From contig NC_086097.1 of the NCBI RefSeq assembly GCF_963921235.1, positions 179,306,001 through 179,370,000 on the forward strand: 64,000 bases of DNA, given 5' to 3'. The DNA comes from Mobula hypostoma (Eukaryota). The notes beneath the pieces are model-generated. The model was not told where the DNA came from. It saw nothing but the letters and a program-made list of their open reading frames with translations, and ran no database searches. Position 1 is the first letter of the stretch. The number at the start of each line of letters is the position of its first letter. Below are positions 1 to 13,824 of this stretch, piece by piece. A program made the translations under genes and the position numbers.

Positions 1-668
1 TTAGCAGGGGGAGGTCTCTGTGGGTTGGCATTGACTTGATGGGCCAAGTGGCCTCTGAGTGTATCTTAAGGAAATACGAAGTATATGAAAGGGATCTGAG
101 CCCAGGCATTGGTGCATTCTGAGCCAGGAAGGTTTGGGAAAGTTCGGGATAAATGGGACGTGGTGTAGAGACAGTGGAACCAGAAGCAGACTGGAATTGG
201 GTTTAATATCACTGGCGCACAGTATGTTGTGAAATTTGTTGTTTTGCAGCAGTAGTACATAAAAAATATAAAACGCAATGAGAAGTACTGTATGTGTAAA
301 CGAATTAAATACGTAATGCAAAAGAGAGCAACAAATTGTGAGAGAGAGACAAAATTTTGGAGGAACCCAGCAGGTCAGGCTGCATCCATGGAAATGAATA
401 AACAGACAACTTTTCAGGCAGAAACCCTTCTTCAGGACTATTTTTTTCAGGGAAATTAGTGAGGTAGTGTTCATGGGTTGATTCATTGACTGTCCAGAAA
501 TCTGATTGCTGAGGGGAAGAAACTGTTTCTGAAATGTTGCGTGTGGGTCTTCAGGTTCCCGTGCCTCCAATGGGAAGAGGGCATGTCTTCACTCACCTGG
601 ATCTGGTCATCACAGGAATATTCTTGGAGGGTTGGGGGAGAGATGGAGAGTAGCTTTGGGTTGTGAGT

Positions 669-804
669 CCCTCCCACTTTCAAATCTCTTACTAGCTCTT
701 CTTTCAGTTAGTCCTGAGGAAGGGTCTCGGCCTGAAACGTCGACTGTACCTCTTCCAATAGATGCTGCCTGGCCTGCTGCGTTCACCAGCAACTTTTATA
801 TGTG
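669..804 (+). mobile_element. Short Penelope-like terminal fragment carrying a hammerhead motif, with 13-bp TSD
   Basis: Flanked by exact direct repeat ttgggttgtgagt (656-668 and 805-817). Same sequence as the terminal region of the Penelope-like copies at 28-29 kb and 47.8-48.4 kb. Confidence 0.8.
710..745 (+). ncRNA. Minimal type I hammerhead ribozyme motif
   Basis: AGTC CTGAGGA AGG gtctcgg CCT GAAACGTC GACT. Core CUGANGA and GAAA, stem I AGUC/GACU, stem II AGG/CCU, palindromic stem III ACGU, GUC cleavage triplet. Confidence 0.75.
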
Positions 805-1248
805 TTGGGTTGTGAGTGCTTGTTGCCTCTGACCCATTGATCAAGAAGCCAGGGGTACAAAACTAGTCTCCAGGAAAGAAACAAAGGAAATTTGGCAACA
901 CAGGAAAGAGTTTCTTTGGCCCATTGTGTCCATCCCATTCAAAGAGAATCAGAATCTGGTTTGGGGTCGCTGATATATGTTGTGAAATTTGTTGTTTTGT
1001 GGCAGCAGTATATTGCGAGACATAAATATTACCATAACTTTCAAAAATTAAATAAATCCTGCAAAAGATGAATAACGAGGTAGTGCTCATGTGTTCATGG
1101 GCCGTTCAGAAATCTGATGGTAGAGGGGAAGAAGATATTCCTGAATTGTTTAGTGTGGGTCTTCAGGCTCCTGTAATCTAACCCCACCCACTGTACAGCT
1201 CACTTCTCAGACCACATCCTATTCTGTGTCGGGGCAGATACCTCTCCC

Positions 1249-1430
1249 ACCTTCTCCAGCAGTGAGTTCCAGACTAACTGGAGAGGGGTGAGGGTGGTAA
1301 ATCATTTCCCCTTCTCCAGCAGTGAGTTCTAGACTTATTTGGGGGGGGTGAGGGTGGTAATTTTCTCCCCCTTTTCTGGCAGTGAGTTCCAGACTTCTCG
1401 GGGGTGAGAGGTGGTAAATCCTATCCCTTT
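1249..1430. repeat. About three tandem copies of a ~60-bp unit
   Basis: cccttctccagcagtgagttccagact...ggggtgagggtggtaa recurs at about 1249, 1309 and 1369. Confidence 0.8.
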
Positions 1431-2014
1431 CTCTCTAATCCTGCCAATCACTTCATCCCTCTTGCTCTCTTCGCCCTAGCACCCAGCCCCTGTACTGAGG
1501 GAAGTGGGTGCTTCACATTTGAGATTTGACTCATAGTTACAGCTCTCAGTCCTGGCTCCAATCTGGCGAAGCTCTTTTGCTGATTGTCCAGTGCAGCCAG
1601 AATGGCACTGTACAGGAATAGGTCCTTCGGTCCAACGTGATACTGAATGAAACTAATTCCCTTGTGCCTGCACGTGATCAGTATTCTTCCTCCATCGTTG
1701 CTTATTCATGAGTCCGTCTTGTAAGCCCCTCTGTTGTATCTGTCTCCACCACCACCCTGACAGCCCGTTCCAACTAGCTGCCACACATTTAAAAAATAAA
1801 CTTTTCTTTCCCATTCTTCTCCTTTGAATTTCCCCCCTCACCATGAATGTGTGTCCTCGAGTACATGACATTTCTACTCTGGCAGTAAGATTCTGACTGG
1901 TGTCCAGAGCTGTATACAGTCGTGGCTTCATTGATGCTTTCCACAGTCCCAGCACAATCTGTCTGCTCGTACTTGATGCCTTGGCTGGTAAAAGGAAGCA
2001 AACTGTGTGGCAGT

Positions 2015-2305
2015 TTAAGCTCCTTACCTACCTACCGATGCTCACCACTAAAATCGAGGTGAGAAGACTGCACCTAGCGAGGCACCGTCTACGCCACCCC
2101 GAGCTACCTGCCAGCCTAGTCATCGAAGCACGGGAGGATGAACCCTGGGCGCCCTCCCAAGACTATGGTCAACACGCTCCTAGAAGACAGCGGCGCGGCT
2201 AATGTGGATGAACTGAACACACTGATGAGGGAGAGGGAGAAGTGGAGGGTCCGTCATCGTGCCCAACGCCGGCCCCCTAGGCCTGAGTCGATGTAGTAGT
2301 AGTCA
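2015..2305 (+). mobile_element. 3' end of an RTE-clade LINE
   Basis: Translates to IEVRRLHLARHRLRHPELPASLVI, an RTE-type C-terminus. CpG-rich relative to flanks. Ends in a (TAG)n tail at about 2294-2302. Confidence 0.6.
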
Positions 2306-2602
2306 TTAGTAAGGGCGTCAAAGATCAGGGGACAAGGCAGGAGAATAGTGCTGAGAGGGAAAATAAATCAGCCCGGACAGAATGGTGGAGCAAAATCAGT
2401 GGGCTAAATTGTCTGCCCTGTGGTGAAGAGTCTCGACCCGAAACATCATCTGTTAATTTCCCTCCACAGTGCTGCCTGACCTGACTCCCTCCTGCATTTT
2501 GTGCCTATTGCTATAAATGCTGGCCTTTCCAGTGACATCACTCCCTGTCCTCCACTCACCCTTCCCCCACATACCTCAGCAGCACCCTCCCTTCCCTGTC
2601 AC

Positions 2603-3980
2603 TTGGAAGTTTCCATGTTTTATTGTTTTACAGCATTGAATCACAGTGGATTTAATTTGGCTTTTTTGACACTGATCAACAGAAAATGACTTTTTCGTGT
2701 CAAAGTGAAAACAGATCTCTACAAAGTGATCCAAATTAATTGCAAATATAAAACATAAAATAATTGATTGCATAAGTATTCACCCCCTTTATATGACACA
2801 CCAAATCACCACTGGTTTTCGAAGTCACATGATTGGTTAAATGGAGATCACCTGTGTGCTCCAGGTGTTTCGATTGATTGTAGTACATATGGAAAGTCCA
2901 ACTGCTGGCGAGTCAGTATCCAGGCAAAAACTACACCATGAAGACAAAAGAACACTCCAAGCAACTCTGCGAAAAGGTTATTGAAAAGGACGACTAAGGA
3001 GATAGATACTAGAAGGAGGGAGGCCACCAAGACACCTATGACAACTCTGGAGTGGCTGAGATAGGAGAGACTGCATGTACACCTGTTGTCCGGGTGCTTC
3101 ACCAGTCACAGCTTAATGGGAGAAAGCCACTGCTGGGAAAAAAAAACTCACATGAAATCTCGGCTAGAGTTTACCAGAAAGTATGTGGGAGACATTGAAG
3201 TCAGCTGGAAAAGGTTCTGTGGTCTGATGAAACAAAAATTGAGCTTTTTGACCATCAGACTGAAGACTATGTTTGGTGTAAGCCAAACACAGCACATCAT
3301 CAAAAACACACCATCCCTACCGTGAAGCATGGTGGTGGCTGCATCATGCTGTGGGGATGTTTCACTGCAGCAGGCCCTGGAAGGCTTGTGAAGGTAGAGG
3401 GTAAAATGAATGCAGCAAAATGCAGGAAAATCCTGAAGGAAATTCTGCAAGAGAGTGGTGACTTGGGAGAAGATTTGTTTTCCAGCAAGACAATGACCCC
3501 AAGCATAAAGCCAAATCTACACAGGAATGGCTTAAAAACAACAAAGTTAATGTCCTGGAGTGGCCAAGTCGGAGTCCACACCTCAATCCAATTGAGAATT
3601 TGTGGCTGGACTTGAAAGGGGCTATTCACTCATGATCCCCATGCAATCTGACAGAGCTTGAGCAGTTTTGTAAAGAAAACTGGTGAAAATTGCAGTGTCC
3701 AGATGTTCAAAGCTGATAGAGACCTATCCACCCAGACTCAAGGCTGTAATTGCTGCCAAAGGCGCATCTACTAAAGACTGACTTGAAGGAGGTGCGTAAT
3801 TATTTTGTGTTAAATAGTTGTAATAAATTTAGACCAATTTGTAGAAATTTGTTTTCACTTTCACACAAGAGTCTTTTCTGTTGATCAGTGTCAAAAAAAA
3901 TAAATCCACTGTGAGTCAATGTTGTAAAACAACAGAACATGAAAACTTCCAAGGTGGGTGAATACTTTTTATAGGCTCTG
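2603..3980 (+). mobile_element. Degenerate Tc1-like DNA transposon
   Basis: Frameshifted transposase containing [21 protein letters not shown]. About 200-bp inverted repeats (2603-~2790 and ~3781-3980). Right end ...ggctctg followed by TA; outer part of the left TIR is missing. Confidence 0.9.
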
Positions 3981-4267
3981 TATATCTCTGCAGCCTTTGC
4001 TACTTGTTACTGTCAGTGGGTGTGGGTTGGAAGATCCCAATCAAGCAGCTGACATCGAATGACCTCAGTGAAGCAAGTGCCCCTGCTACAGGTCAGCAGG
4101 TAGCCAGTTAGTCGTCATGCACTGTGCTGCTGATACCTGCTCACGCTCCCCCTCTAGTGGACAAATGTAGCAGCACATCGGAGAGAAGCAGGGAAGTCCG
4201 TGCTCACTTCACAACACTGTCATATGGGTAAATTGGTTTATTATTGTCCCATGTACTGAGGTGCAGT

Positions 4268-4550
4268 GGGCAGCACAGTATTAAAGCAGTTAGTGCGATG
4301 TTATTGCAGTTCGGAGTTCAATCCCAGCATCCTCTGTGAGGCTTTTGTATGTCCCCGTCACAGAATGCATAGGTTTACTCTGGATGCCCCGATTTATTCC
4401 CACAGTCCAAAGACCTACTGGATAGGAGGTTAATTGGTCATTGTAAATCATCCAGTGATTAGACTAGGGTTGAATTGGTGGGTTGCTAGCAGCGTGGCTT
4501 GAAGGGCCAGAAGGGCCTATTCCTTGCTATATGTCTAAATAAATAAATAA
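4268..4550 (+). mobile_element. tRNA-derived V-SINE (HE1-like)
   Basis: B-box-like gttcaatccc, central V-domain-like cccacagtccaaagac, CR1-like tail gggccagaagggcct, and (TAAA)n end. Confidence 0.7.
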
Positions 4551-4627
4551 TGAAAATCAAGCCTTCCATACCATCCATAGAGGTCAATTCATTGTCATTA
4601 GTACATTTTGGTATTGGCTTACTATTA

Positions 4628-6350
4628 ACACATGGGATTCTGCAGACGCTGGAAATCTAAAGCAATACGCACACAAAATACTGGAGGAACTCGGGCAGCA
4701 TCTATGGAAAAGAGTAAACATTCAACGTTCTGGACCGAGACCCTTCTTCAGGACTGAAAAGGAAGGGGGAAAGATGCCAAAATAAAAAGGTGGGGGGAGG
4801 GGAGGTTGGGTAGCTGGAAGGTGACGGCTGAAGCCAGGTGGGTAGGAAAGGTAAGGACTGGAGAGGAAGCAACCCAATTACAGAGGAGAGTGAACCGCAG
4901 GAGAACGGGAAGGAGGAGGGGATTCGGGGCAAGGTGATAGGTAGGTGAGAAGAGGTAAGAGGCCAGAGTGGGAATAGAGAAGATAGGAGGGGGAGGGAAA
5001 CTTTTCTTACCGGAAGGAGAAATCGATATTCATGCCATGAGGTTAGAGGCTAAACAGATGGAAATAAAGGTGTTGCTCCTTCACCTTGAGGGTGGCCTTA
5101 ATGTGGTATAAGAGGAGACCATGGACTGACATGTCAGAATGGGAATTAAATTCTTGGCCACTGGCAGATTCCACTTTTGGGGGATGGAGTGGCGGTACTC
5201 GAAGAAGTGGTCCCCCAAATTACAAAGGGTCTCACCAGTGTAGAGGAAACCACATTGGGAGCACCAGACACAATAGACACCCCCAGCAGATTGGCAGGTG
5301 AAGTGTTGTATGGGCGTATGCAGCACTTTGACTGCTTGCAGGGTTAACTGCTGGGAGGGAGATTAATGGGGAGGGACGAACAAACAAGGGAATCACGGGG
5401 GGGGGGTGGAAGGAGGGATCCCTGCAGAAAGCAGAGAGAAGGGGAGAGATAAAGATGCGTTTGGTGGTAGGATCCTTTTGGAGATGGTGGAAGTTGTGGA
5501 GAATGACAGAAGTAGAGGCCGATGCGTGGTAGGTAAGGATGAAAAGAACTCCATCAGTATTAAAATGGCGGGAAGATGGGGTGAGCGCCATGTCTGGGAA
5601 ATGGAGAAGATGTGGGTGAGGGCAGCGTCAATGGTGCAGGAAGGGAAACTGGGGCTTTGTAGGAGGAGGGCATCTTTAATATCCTGGAAAGGAAAGCCGC
5701 ATCTTGGGAACAGATGTGGTGGAGATGAAGGAATTGAGAAAGGGGAATGGCATTTTTACAGGAGACATGGTTGGGAAGAGGCAATGTCAAGATAACCTTG
5801 GGAGTTGGTAGGTTCATTAAAGATGTTGGTCGAGAGATGGTCTCCAGAGATGAAGACAGACAGATAGAGAAAGGGGAAGGGGGTGTCAGAAATGGACTAA
5901 ATGAATTTAAGGGCAGGGTGGAAACTGGAGGCAAAGTTGATGAAATTGATGAGCTCAGTATTGACGTATGAAGCAGCCCCAATGCAGATGTCAATGTGAT
6001 GGAGGAATAGCTGAGAAGGATTACCAGGAAAGGCTTCAAGCATGGACTTGCTACATAGCTAACAAAAAGGCAGGTGAAGCTGGGCCCATGCGGGTACCCA
6101 TGGCTACCCCTGGAGTCTAGAGAAAGTGGAAGGAACTGAAGGAGGTACGAGTTCAGTGGGGCAGGAGCAGACAGACAGAGGCCCTACTCAGACAAGCAGG
6201 TTTGTGGATCTTGGGTAGGAGGTAGAAGTGAGCAATGAGAGGTAAGGGAACTATGAGCTTGGCGGCAGTGGATGTGGTTCTCCAGAGTAGATGAGGTTGG
6301 TGAAGGTGTTGGAGACAGTTTTCTGATGGCCTGGAGTGGGGTCCTTTTCA
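4628..6350 (-). mobile_element. Degenerate Penelope-like retroelement (RT, GIY-YIG, terminal repeat)
   Basis: Minus-strand GVYCVWCSQCGFLYTGET (GIY-YIG, 5081-5326) and GVAMGTRMGPS (PLE RT, ~6080-6112). Degenerate hammerhead motif at 4720-4755. Confidence 0.85.
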
Positions 6351-6354
6351 AGAC

Positions 6355-8000
6355 GTCCTCAAACTTGGCCACAAAGCCATCCATTCCTTCATCCAAATTA
6401 TTGACATGTAATGTGAAGAGAAGCAATCACGACACTGACCCCTTCGGAACACCACTTGTCATCAGCAGCCAACCAGGAAAGGCCCCCTTTATCCCCACTC
6501 TTTGCTTTCTGCCAATCAACTAATCTTCTCTCCATGTTGGTACCTTTCCTGAAATACCTTGGGCTCTTATTTTGTTGGGCAGCCTCGTGTGGCACCTTGT
6601 CAAAGGCCTTTTGAAAATCTAAATAAGCAACATCCACTGACTCTCCTTTGTCCATCCTGCCTGTTATTTCCTCAAAGAATTCAAACAGATTTGTCAAGTA
6701 AGATTTTCCTTGAAGAAAACCATACTGACTATGGCCCATTTCATCATCATAGAATAGTACAGCACATTACAGGCCCTTTGGCCCACAATGTTGTGCCGAC
6801 CCTCAAACCCTGCCTCCCATATAACCCCCCTCCCACCTTAGATTCCTCCATATACCCGTCTAATAGTCTCTTAAACTTCACTAGTGTATCTGCCTCCACC
6901 ACTGACTCAGGCAGTGCATTCCACGCACCAGCCACTCTCTGAGTAAAAAAACCTTCCTCGAATATCCCCCTTGAACTTCCCACCCCTTACCTTAAAGCCA
7001 TGTCCTCTTGTACTGAGCAGTGGTGCCCTGGGGAAGAGGTGCTGGCTATCCACTTTATCTATTCCTCTTATTATCTTGTACACCTCTATCATATCTCCTC
7101 TCATCCTCCTCCTCTCCAAAGAGTAAAGCCCTAGCTCCTTTAATTTCTGATCATAATGCATACTTTCTAAACCAGGCAGCATCCTGGTAAATCTCCTCTG
7201 TACCCTTTCCAATGCTTCCACATCCTTCCTATAGTGAGGTGACCAGAACTGGACACAGTACTCCAAGTGTGGCCTAACCAGAGTTTTATAGAGCTGTATC
7301 ATTACATCATGACTCTTAAACTCTGTCCCTCGACTTATGAAAGCTAACACTCCATAAGCTTTCTTAACTACCCTATCTACCTGTGAGGCAACTTTCAGGG
7401 ATCTGTGGACATGTACCCCCAGATCTCTCTGCTCCTCCACACTACCAAGTATCCTGCCATTTACTCGAAGTACCCCAAAACATCACTCTTAATAATGGGG
7501 TTCCTTTACCTTAAGCTCCCTAATCATTACACAACACCCAATCCATAATAGCTGATCCCCTAGTGGATTCAACCACAAGCTGCTCCTAAAAGCTATCTCG
7601 TAGGCATTCTACAAATTCTCTCGTTTGGGATCCAGCACCAACCTGATTTTCCCAATCTATCTGCATATTGAAATCTCCCATGATTATCACAACATTGCCC
7701 TTTTTACATGCCTTTTCTATCCCCCAGGGTATTAGCGATTTATACTCCCCGATCCCTCCGGTCTATCACACTCCGCAACGCCCTACTGTTTTACCTTGGT
7801 TTGTCCTCCCAAAGGGTAACACGTCACACTTGTTTACATTAAGTTCCATCTGACATTTTTCACTTCATTTTTCCAGCTGGCCCAGATCCTGCTGCAGACT
7901 TTGAAAACTTTCTTCACTGTCCATTATGACACCAAACTTGCTGTTGTCCACAAATTTGCTGATCCAGTTAACCACATTCTCATCCAAATCATTGATACGG
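6355..8000 (-). mobile_element. Nested CR1 LINE fragments; a younger CR1 3' end at ~6746-7465 lies inside an older copy
   Basis: VDVAYLDFQKAFDKVPH and LYKTLVRPHLEYCVQFWSPHYRKD motifs. CR1 tail gggccaaagggcctg. Confidence 0.9.
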
Positions 8001-8269
8001 TTCAGAGAAGCAGTCATCTACTACCACACTCGGGCTTCACTCACAAAAGCAATGTTGAATTTAATTTATTACCCCAGCGTGAATATCAAGTGACTGAACC
8101 TTCTTGACCAATCATAACGAGATAAATTGTGGGGTCAAGTGTCCATTTTATCGTACCAGGGAACCATTCAGTTGTCTGATTACAGCAGGGTATAAGGTGC
8201 CCTTGAGCCTGGCAGTAAGTGCTTTCAGATTTCTCTGTCATCTTCTGGTTAAAGTACCATCACGGACAG

Positions 8270-8970
8270 GCCCTTCAGCCCACCTTGTCATGCCTATCTT
8301 AATCCTGAACGAATTCTGAATCCCTCTATCCCCTGTTCATTCAGTTACCTGTCCACATGCATCTCAAATGTTACTGTTTCTGTCTCCATCACCTCCTCTG
8401 ATAACTCGCTCCAGATACCAACTGCTCTACTGCCCCCATCTTTTTTGAACCTCCCTCTCAGATAAAACTTATTCCCTCTTGTTTTACATACTCTAAGCAC
8501 AGGAAACAGCCACGAACTACCTTCTCTATTCTGCTCATAATTGTACGTGTTTCTATCATGTTATCCCGCAGCCTCCTTTGCACCAGTGCAGAAAGTACCA
8601 GTTTATCTATCCTCTCTGCTAACTCAAGCTCTTCTGTCCTGGTAACGTCTTTGTGAATCTTTTTTACACTCTTGGTAACTGAATCAAATCCTTCCTATAG
8701 CATAGTGACCAGAACTGTACCCGATGCTTCCAAGTGCAGTCAACTAACGTTTATACAACTGTGACGTGATATACCAATACTCGTTACCTTGGCCAATAGA
8801 GGCCAGCCTACCAACTCCCTCCCACAACACATTGTCTACTTGTATCACCACTTTCAGGGAACTGGATACATCCAAGGCCTCCCTCTTCTACAACACTCCC
8901 CAGGGCCCTGGTGTTTATTTTGCATATCTTACCATGGTTAAATTTCCCAAAATACATTACTTTACACTCC
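8270..8970 (-). mobile_element. Old CR1 3' fragment
   Basis: Degenerate match to the CR1 3' region (gtgaccagaactgtac..., aggcccttcagccc). Confidence 0.65.
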
Positions 8971-9404
8971 GTCTTTGCTCTATTTTTGAATTAGCTGTTC
9001 CAGTGTTTCTTTGTGGGCCATTTACAGCAGCAAATTAACCAATCAATCTGCAGGTTTCCATCAGATTTCTGAATATTGTTGCCTTTTTTTCCCCCTCTAA
9101 TTCATTTTCAAAACCTGGCAAGGCTAGTTTATGTTGGAGATGAGATTGCAGATGCTGGCAGCATCTGAGGAGGTGCTGGGGTGGGGTGTGGTGAGAAATG
9201 GACGTTTGACATTTCTGATCGAGACCCTCCATCTGCACTAAAAGATAGAGGGAAGGTAGCTGGTATAAAGAGGTGGCAGGTGATGGGTGGATCCAGGTGA
9301 GGAGTTGGGATAGGCAGATGGAGGAGGAGAGAGTGGGAATAGTGACAGAGGCTGGGAGGGGAGAGATGGATGTGACAAAAAAATGCAGATGGTGGAATCT
9401 GATA

Positions 9405-12400
9405 GACCATAAGACATTGGAGCAGAACTAGGCCATTTGACCTATCGTGTCTGTTCCACCATTCAACCATAGCTGATCCTTTTTTATTCCCTCCTTAGCC
9501 TCACTCCCTGGCCTTCTCCCCATAACCTTTGATGCCATGTCCAATGAAGAACCTATCAAGCTCTGGCCTCCACAGCTGCCTGTGGTAATAAATTCCACAA
9601 ATTCACCACCCTCTGGCTAAAGAAATTTCCCTGCATCTCTGTTTTAAATGGACACTCCTCTATCCTGAGGCTGGTCCCTTTTCTCTGAGACACCCCCACC
9701 ACAGGAAACATCCTTTCCACATCTACTCTGTCTAGGCCTTTCAAAATTCAGAAGGTTTCAATGAGATCTTGCCTCATCCTTCTAAATTCCAGCGAGTACA
9801 GACAACAGAGCCATCAAACAGTACCTCGTATGTTAACCCTCTCATTCCCTGAATCATTCCTATGAACCTCCTCTGAACCCTCTCCAATGCCAGCACATCT
9901 TTTCTTAGATGAGTCTAAAACTGTTCACAATACTCAAGGTGAGGCCTAACCAGTGCTTTATAAAGCCTCAGTACCACATCCCTGCTCTTGTATTCTAGAC
10001 CTCTTGAAACGAATGCTAATATTGCATTTGCCTTCCTCACAACCAACTCAATCTATAAGTTATCCTTTAGAGTGTTCTGCATAAGGACTCTGAAGTCCCT
10101 TTCAATCTCAGATTTTTGTATTTTCCACCCCATTTAGAAAATAGTCTGCACATTTACTACTATTACCAAAGTGCACGACCTTGCAATTTCCAACATTGTA
10201 TTTCATTGTTAGTCCCTTGCCCATTTTCCTAATCTGTCTAAGTCCTTCTGCAGCCTACCTGTTTCCTCAACACTACCTGTCCCTCCATCAATCTTCATAC
10301 TATCTGCAAACTTGGCAAAATAGCCACCTATTCCATCATCTAAACCATTGATATACAGCTTAAAAAGAAGTGGTCCCAACACCAACTCCTGTGGAACACC
10401 ACTCGTCACTGGCAGCCTACCAGAAAAGATTCCTTTTGTTCCCACTTGCTGCTTCCTACCAATCAGCCATTGCTAGTAACTTTCCTGTAATACAAGGGGC
10501 TCTTAACTTGGTAAACTGGCTCATGTGAGGCACCTTGTCAAAGGCCTTCTGAAAGTCCAAATATACAACATTCACTGCATCCCCTTTATCTATCCTACTT
10601 GTAATCTCTTCAAAGAATTCCAACAGGTTCGTCAGGCAAGATATTTCCCTTAAGGAAACCATGCTGACTTTGTCCTATCTTGTCTTGAGTCACCAAGTAC
10701 TCCACAACCTCATCCCTGACAGTTGACTCCAACATCTTCCCAACCACTGCGGTCAGGCTAACAGGTCTATAATTTCCTTTCTTTTGCCTTCCTCCTTTCT
10801 TTTTTATAAATGACCTGGATGAGGAAGTGGAGGGATGGGTTAGTAAATTTGCTGATGACACAAAGGTTGGGGGTGTTATGGATAGTGTGGAGGGTGTCAC
10901 AGGTTACAGCGGGACATTGATAGGATGCAAAACTGGGCTGAGAAGTGGCAGATGGAGTTCAACACAGATAAGTGTGAGGTGATTCATTTTGATAGGTCAA
11001 ATATGATGGCAGAATATAGTATTAATGGTAAGACTCTTGGCAGTGTGGAGGATCAGAGGGATCTTGGGGTCCGAGTTCATAGGACACTCAAAGCGGCTGT
11101 GCAGGTTGACTCTGTGGTTAAGAAGACATACGGTGCATTGGCCTTCATCAACCGTGGGATTGAGTTTAGGAGCCGAGAGGTAATGTTACAGCTATATAGG
11201 ACCCTGGTCAGACCCCACTTGGAGTACTGTGCTCAGTTCTGGTCGCCTCACTCCAGGAAGGATGTGGAAACCATAGAAAGGGTGCAGAGGAGATATGCAA
11301 GGATGTTGCCTGGATTGGGGAGCATGCCTTATGAGAATAGGTTGAGTGAACTGGGCCTTTTCTCCTTGGAGTGACGGAGGATGAGAGGTGACCTGATAGA
11401 GGTGTATAAGATGATGGGAGGCATTGATCATGTGGATAGTCAGAGGCTTTTTTCCGGGGCTGAAATGGTTAACACGAGAGGGCACAGTTTTAAGCTGCTT
11501 GGAAGTAGGTATGGAGGAGATGTCAGGGGTAAGTTTTTTACGTAGAGAGTGGTGTGAAATGGGCTAACCGGCGACAGTGGTGGAGGCAGATATGATGAGG
11601 TTTTTTAATAGACTCCTGGATAGGTACATGGAGCTTAGAAAAATAGAGGGCTATGGGTAACCCTGGGTAATTTCTAAGGTAAGGACATGTTCGGCACAGC
11701 TTTGTGGGCCGAAGGGCCTGTATTGTACTATAGGTTTTCTATGTTTCTTAAAGAGTGGTGTGACATTTAAAAGATTCCAATGATTTTTGAGAGATCATTA
11801 CTAATGCCTCCACAATCTCTACTGCTATCACTTTCAGAATCCTAGGGTGCAGTTCATCTGGTCCGGGTGACTGATGTACCCTTAGGACTCGCAGCTTTTG
11901 AGCATTTTCTCCCTTGTAATAGTAACTGCACTCACTTCTCTCTCCTCACACCCTTCAACATTTGACACGCTGCTAGTGTCTTCCACAGTGAAGACTGATG
12001 AAAAATACTCATTTAGTTCATTTGCCATCTCCTTCTCCTCTGTTAATATTTCTCCAGCCTCATTGCCTAGTGGTCCTACATTCAATCTTATCTTTTTTTT
12101 TACACACTTGAAAAAGCTTTTACTATCCACTTTGATATTGTTTGCCAGCTTGCTTTCATATTTCATCTTTTCCCTCCTAATGATTCTTTTTGTGCTCTGT
12201 AGGTTTTTAGAAGCTTCACAATCATCTGTCTTCCCGCTAGTTTTTGCATTGTTTGTTTTTACCCTTTCTTTTGATTTTACATAAGCTTTGACTTCCCTTG
12301 TCAACCACGGTTGTTCTATTTTGCTATTTGAGTATTTCTTTGTTTTTGGAATGCATCTATCTTGTACCTTCATTTTTTTCTCAGAAACTCACGCCATTGC

Positions 12401-13035
12401 TGCTCTGCTGTCATCCCTGCCAGCATCTCCTTACCATTTACTTTGGCCAACTCCTCTCTCATACCACTGTAATTTCCTTTACTCCACTGAAATAATGCTA
12501 CGTTAAACTTTACTTTCTCTCTATCAAATATCAAGTTGAACTCAATCATATTAAGCTCCCTAATTACCTCCACTTCATTACATAACATCCAACCCAGTAT
12601 AGCTGATCCCCTAGCAGGCTCATGATAAGCTGCTCTAAAAAGCCATCTCATAGACAATCAGCAACTTCACTCTCTTGGGATCCATTAACAACCTGATTTT
12701 CCCAATTGACCTGCATGTTGAAATCTTCCATGTGCCCTTGTGATGCGCGTTTTTTATTTCCTGTTGTAATCTGTGGTCCACATCTCCGCTACTGTTGGGA
12801 GGCCTGTATATAACTGCCATCAGGGTCCTTTTACCCTTGCAGTTTCTTAACTCAACCCACAAGGATGCAATATCTTCCTTTCTCCTTTCACATCTTTCTG
12901 CTGATTTGATGCCATTCTTTACCAGCAGAGCCACGCCTCCCCCTCTGCCTACCTTCCTATCCCTCTGATACGATGCACATTCGCCTCCCAACTTCAACCG
13001 TCCTTCAGCCATGATTCAGTGATGACCACAACCTC
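9405..13035 (-). mobile_element. Degenerate CR1 LINE (EN-RT) interrupted by a plus-strand CR1
   Basis: GRGGGVAL/YRPPN endonuclease motifs and SGVPQ/FAD RT motifs. The host resumes at ~11749 after the insert. Confidence 0.9.
10801..11748 (+). mobile_element. 5'-truncated CR1 LINE
   Basis: FADDTK, LVRPHLEYCAQFWSP, and 3' tail ttctatgtttct. Near-identical family to the copy at 57.1-58.76 kb. Confidence 0.9.
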
Positions 13036-13824
13036 GTCTTCCCCACACAAATACAGATGAACAATGCTTGTCCGAGATGAAAATATCTGTAGATCAAGGA
13101 GTGTTTGAATTGAACGGTACAACTGGCAGAAACCAACTCCAGTTACGACATGTTGCTCCAGCTGTCAGTGTTTGTAAAAAGCTTCAGTGGCACCTGCTGT
13201 GGTTCCTTTGTGCCTTTCCCTCATAAATGCCCCCCTCCTCATTTCTGAATGTTCAAGTTAAATTTATTATCATAGTACGTGCAGGTTTCCATGTACTAGA
13301 TTGAGATTCGTTTTCTTGCTGGGATTTACATAAGAATAAGGAAATACAATAGAATCCACAAAAAAGCATACATAAACAAAGACTGACGAACAACAAAGAA
13401 GGTAAACTCTGCAAATGAAAAAAAGTACTGAGAACGTGAGTTGTAAAGTGTCCTTGAAAGTGAGTGTCTGGGCCATGATGGAGCTGGCTGAGTTTACAAC
13501 TTTCTGCAGCCTTTTCCGATTCTCGACAGTGACCCCTCAATACCAGATGGTGATGAAGCCATTTAAGTGTACTCAATGGTATGGAGAGCTTCACACGTGA
13601 TGGTTTGTGCTGTATTTATCACTTTCCGGAGATCTTTTCCATTCCTGTGAATTGGTGTTTCCATATCAGGTTGTGATGCAACCAGTTGGGATACACTCCA
13701 CTGTGCATCTGCAGAAGTTTGTCAAGGTGTTTTGTGACAAAACTTCTCATAAAGTAGAGATGCTGTCATACCTTTTTTGTGATGTCACTTACTGTAAGTG
13801 CTAGTCCCAGGACAGATCCTCTGA

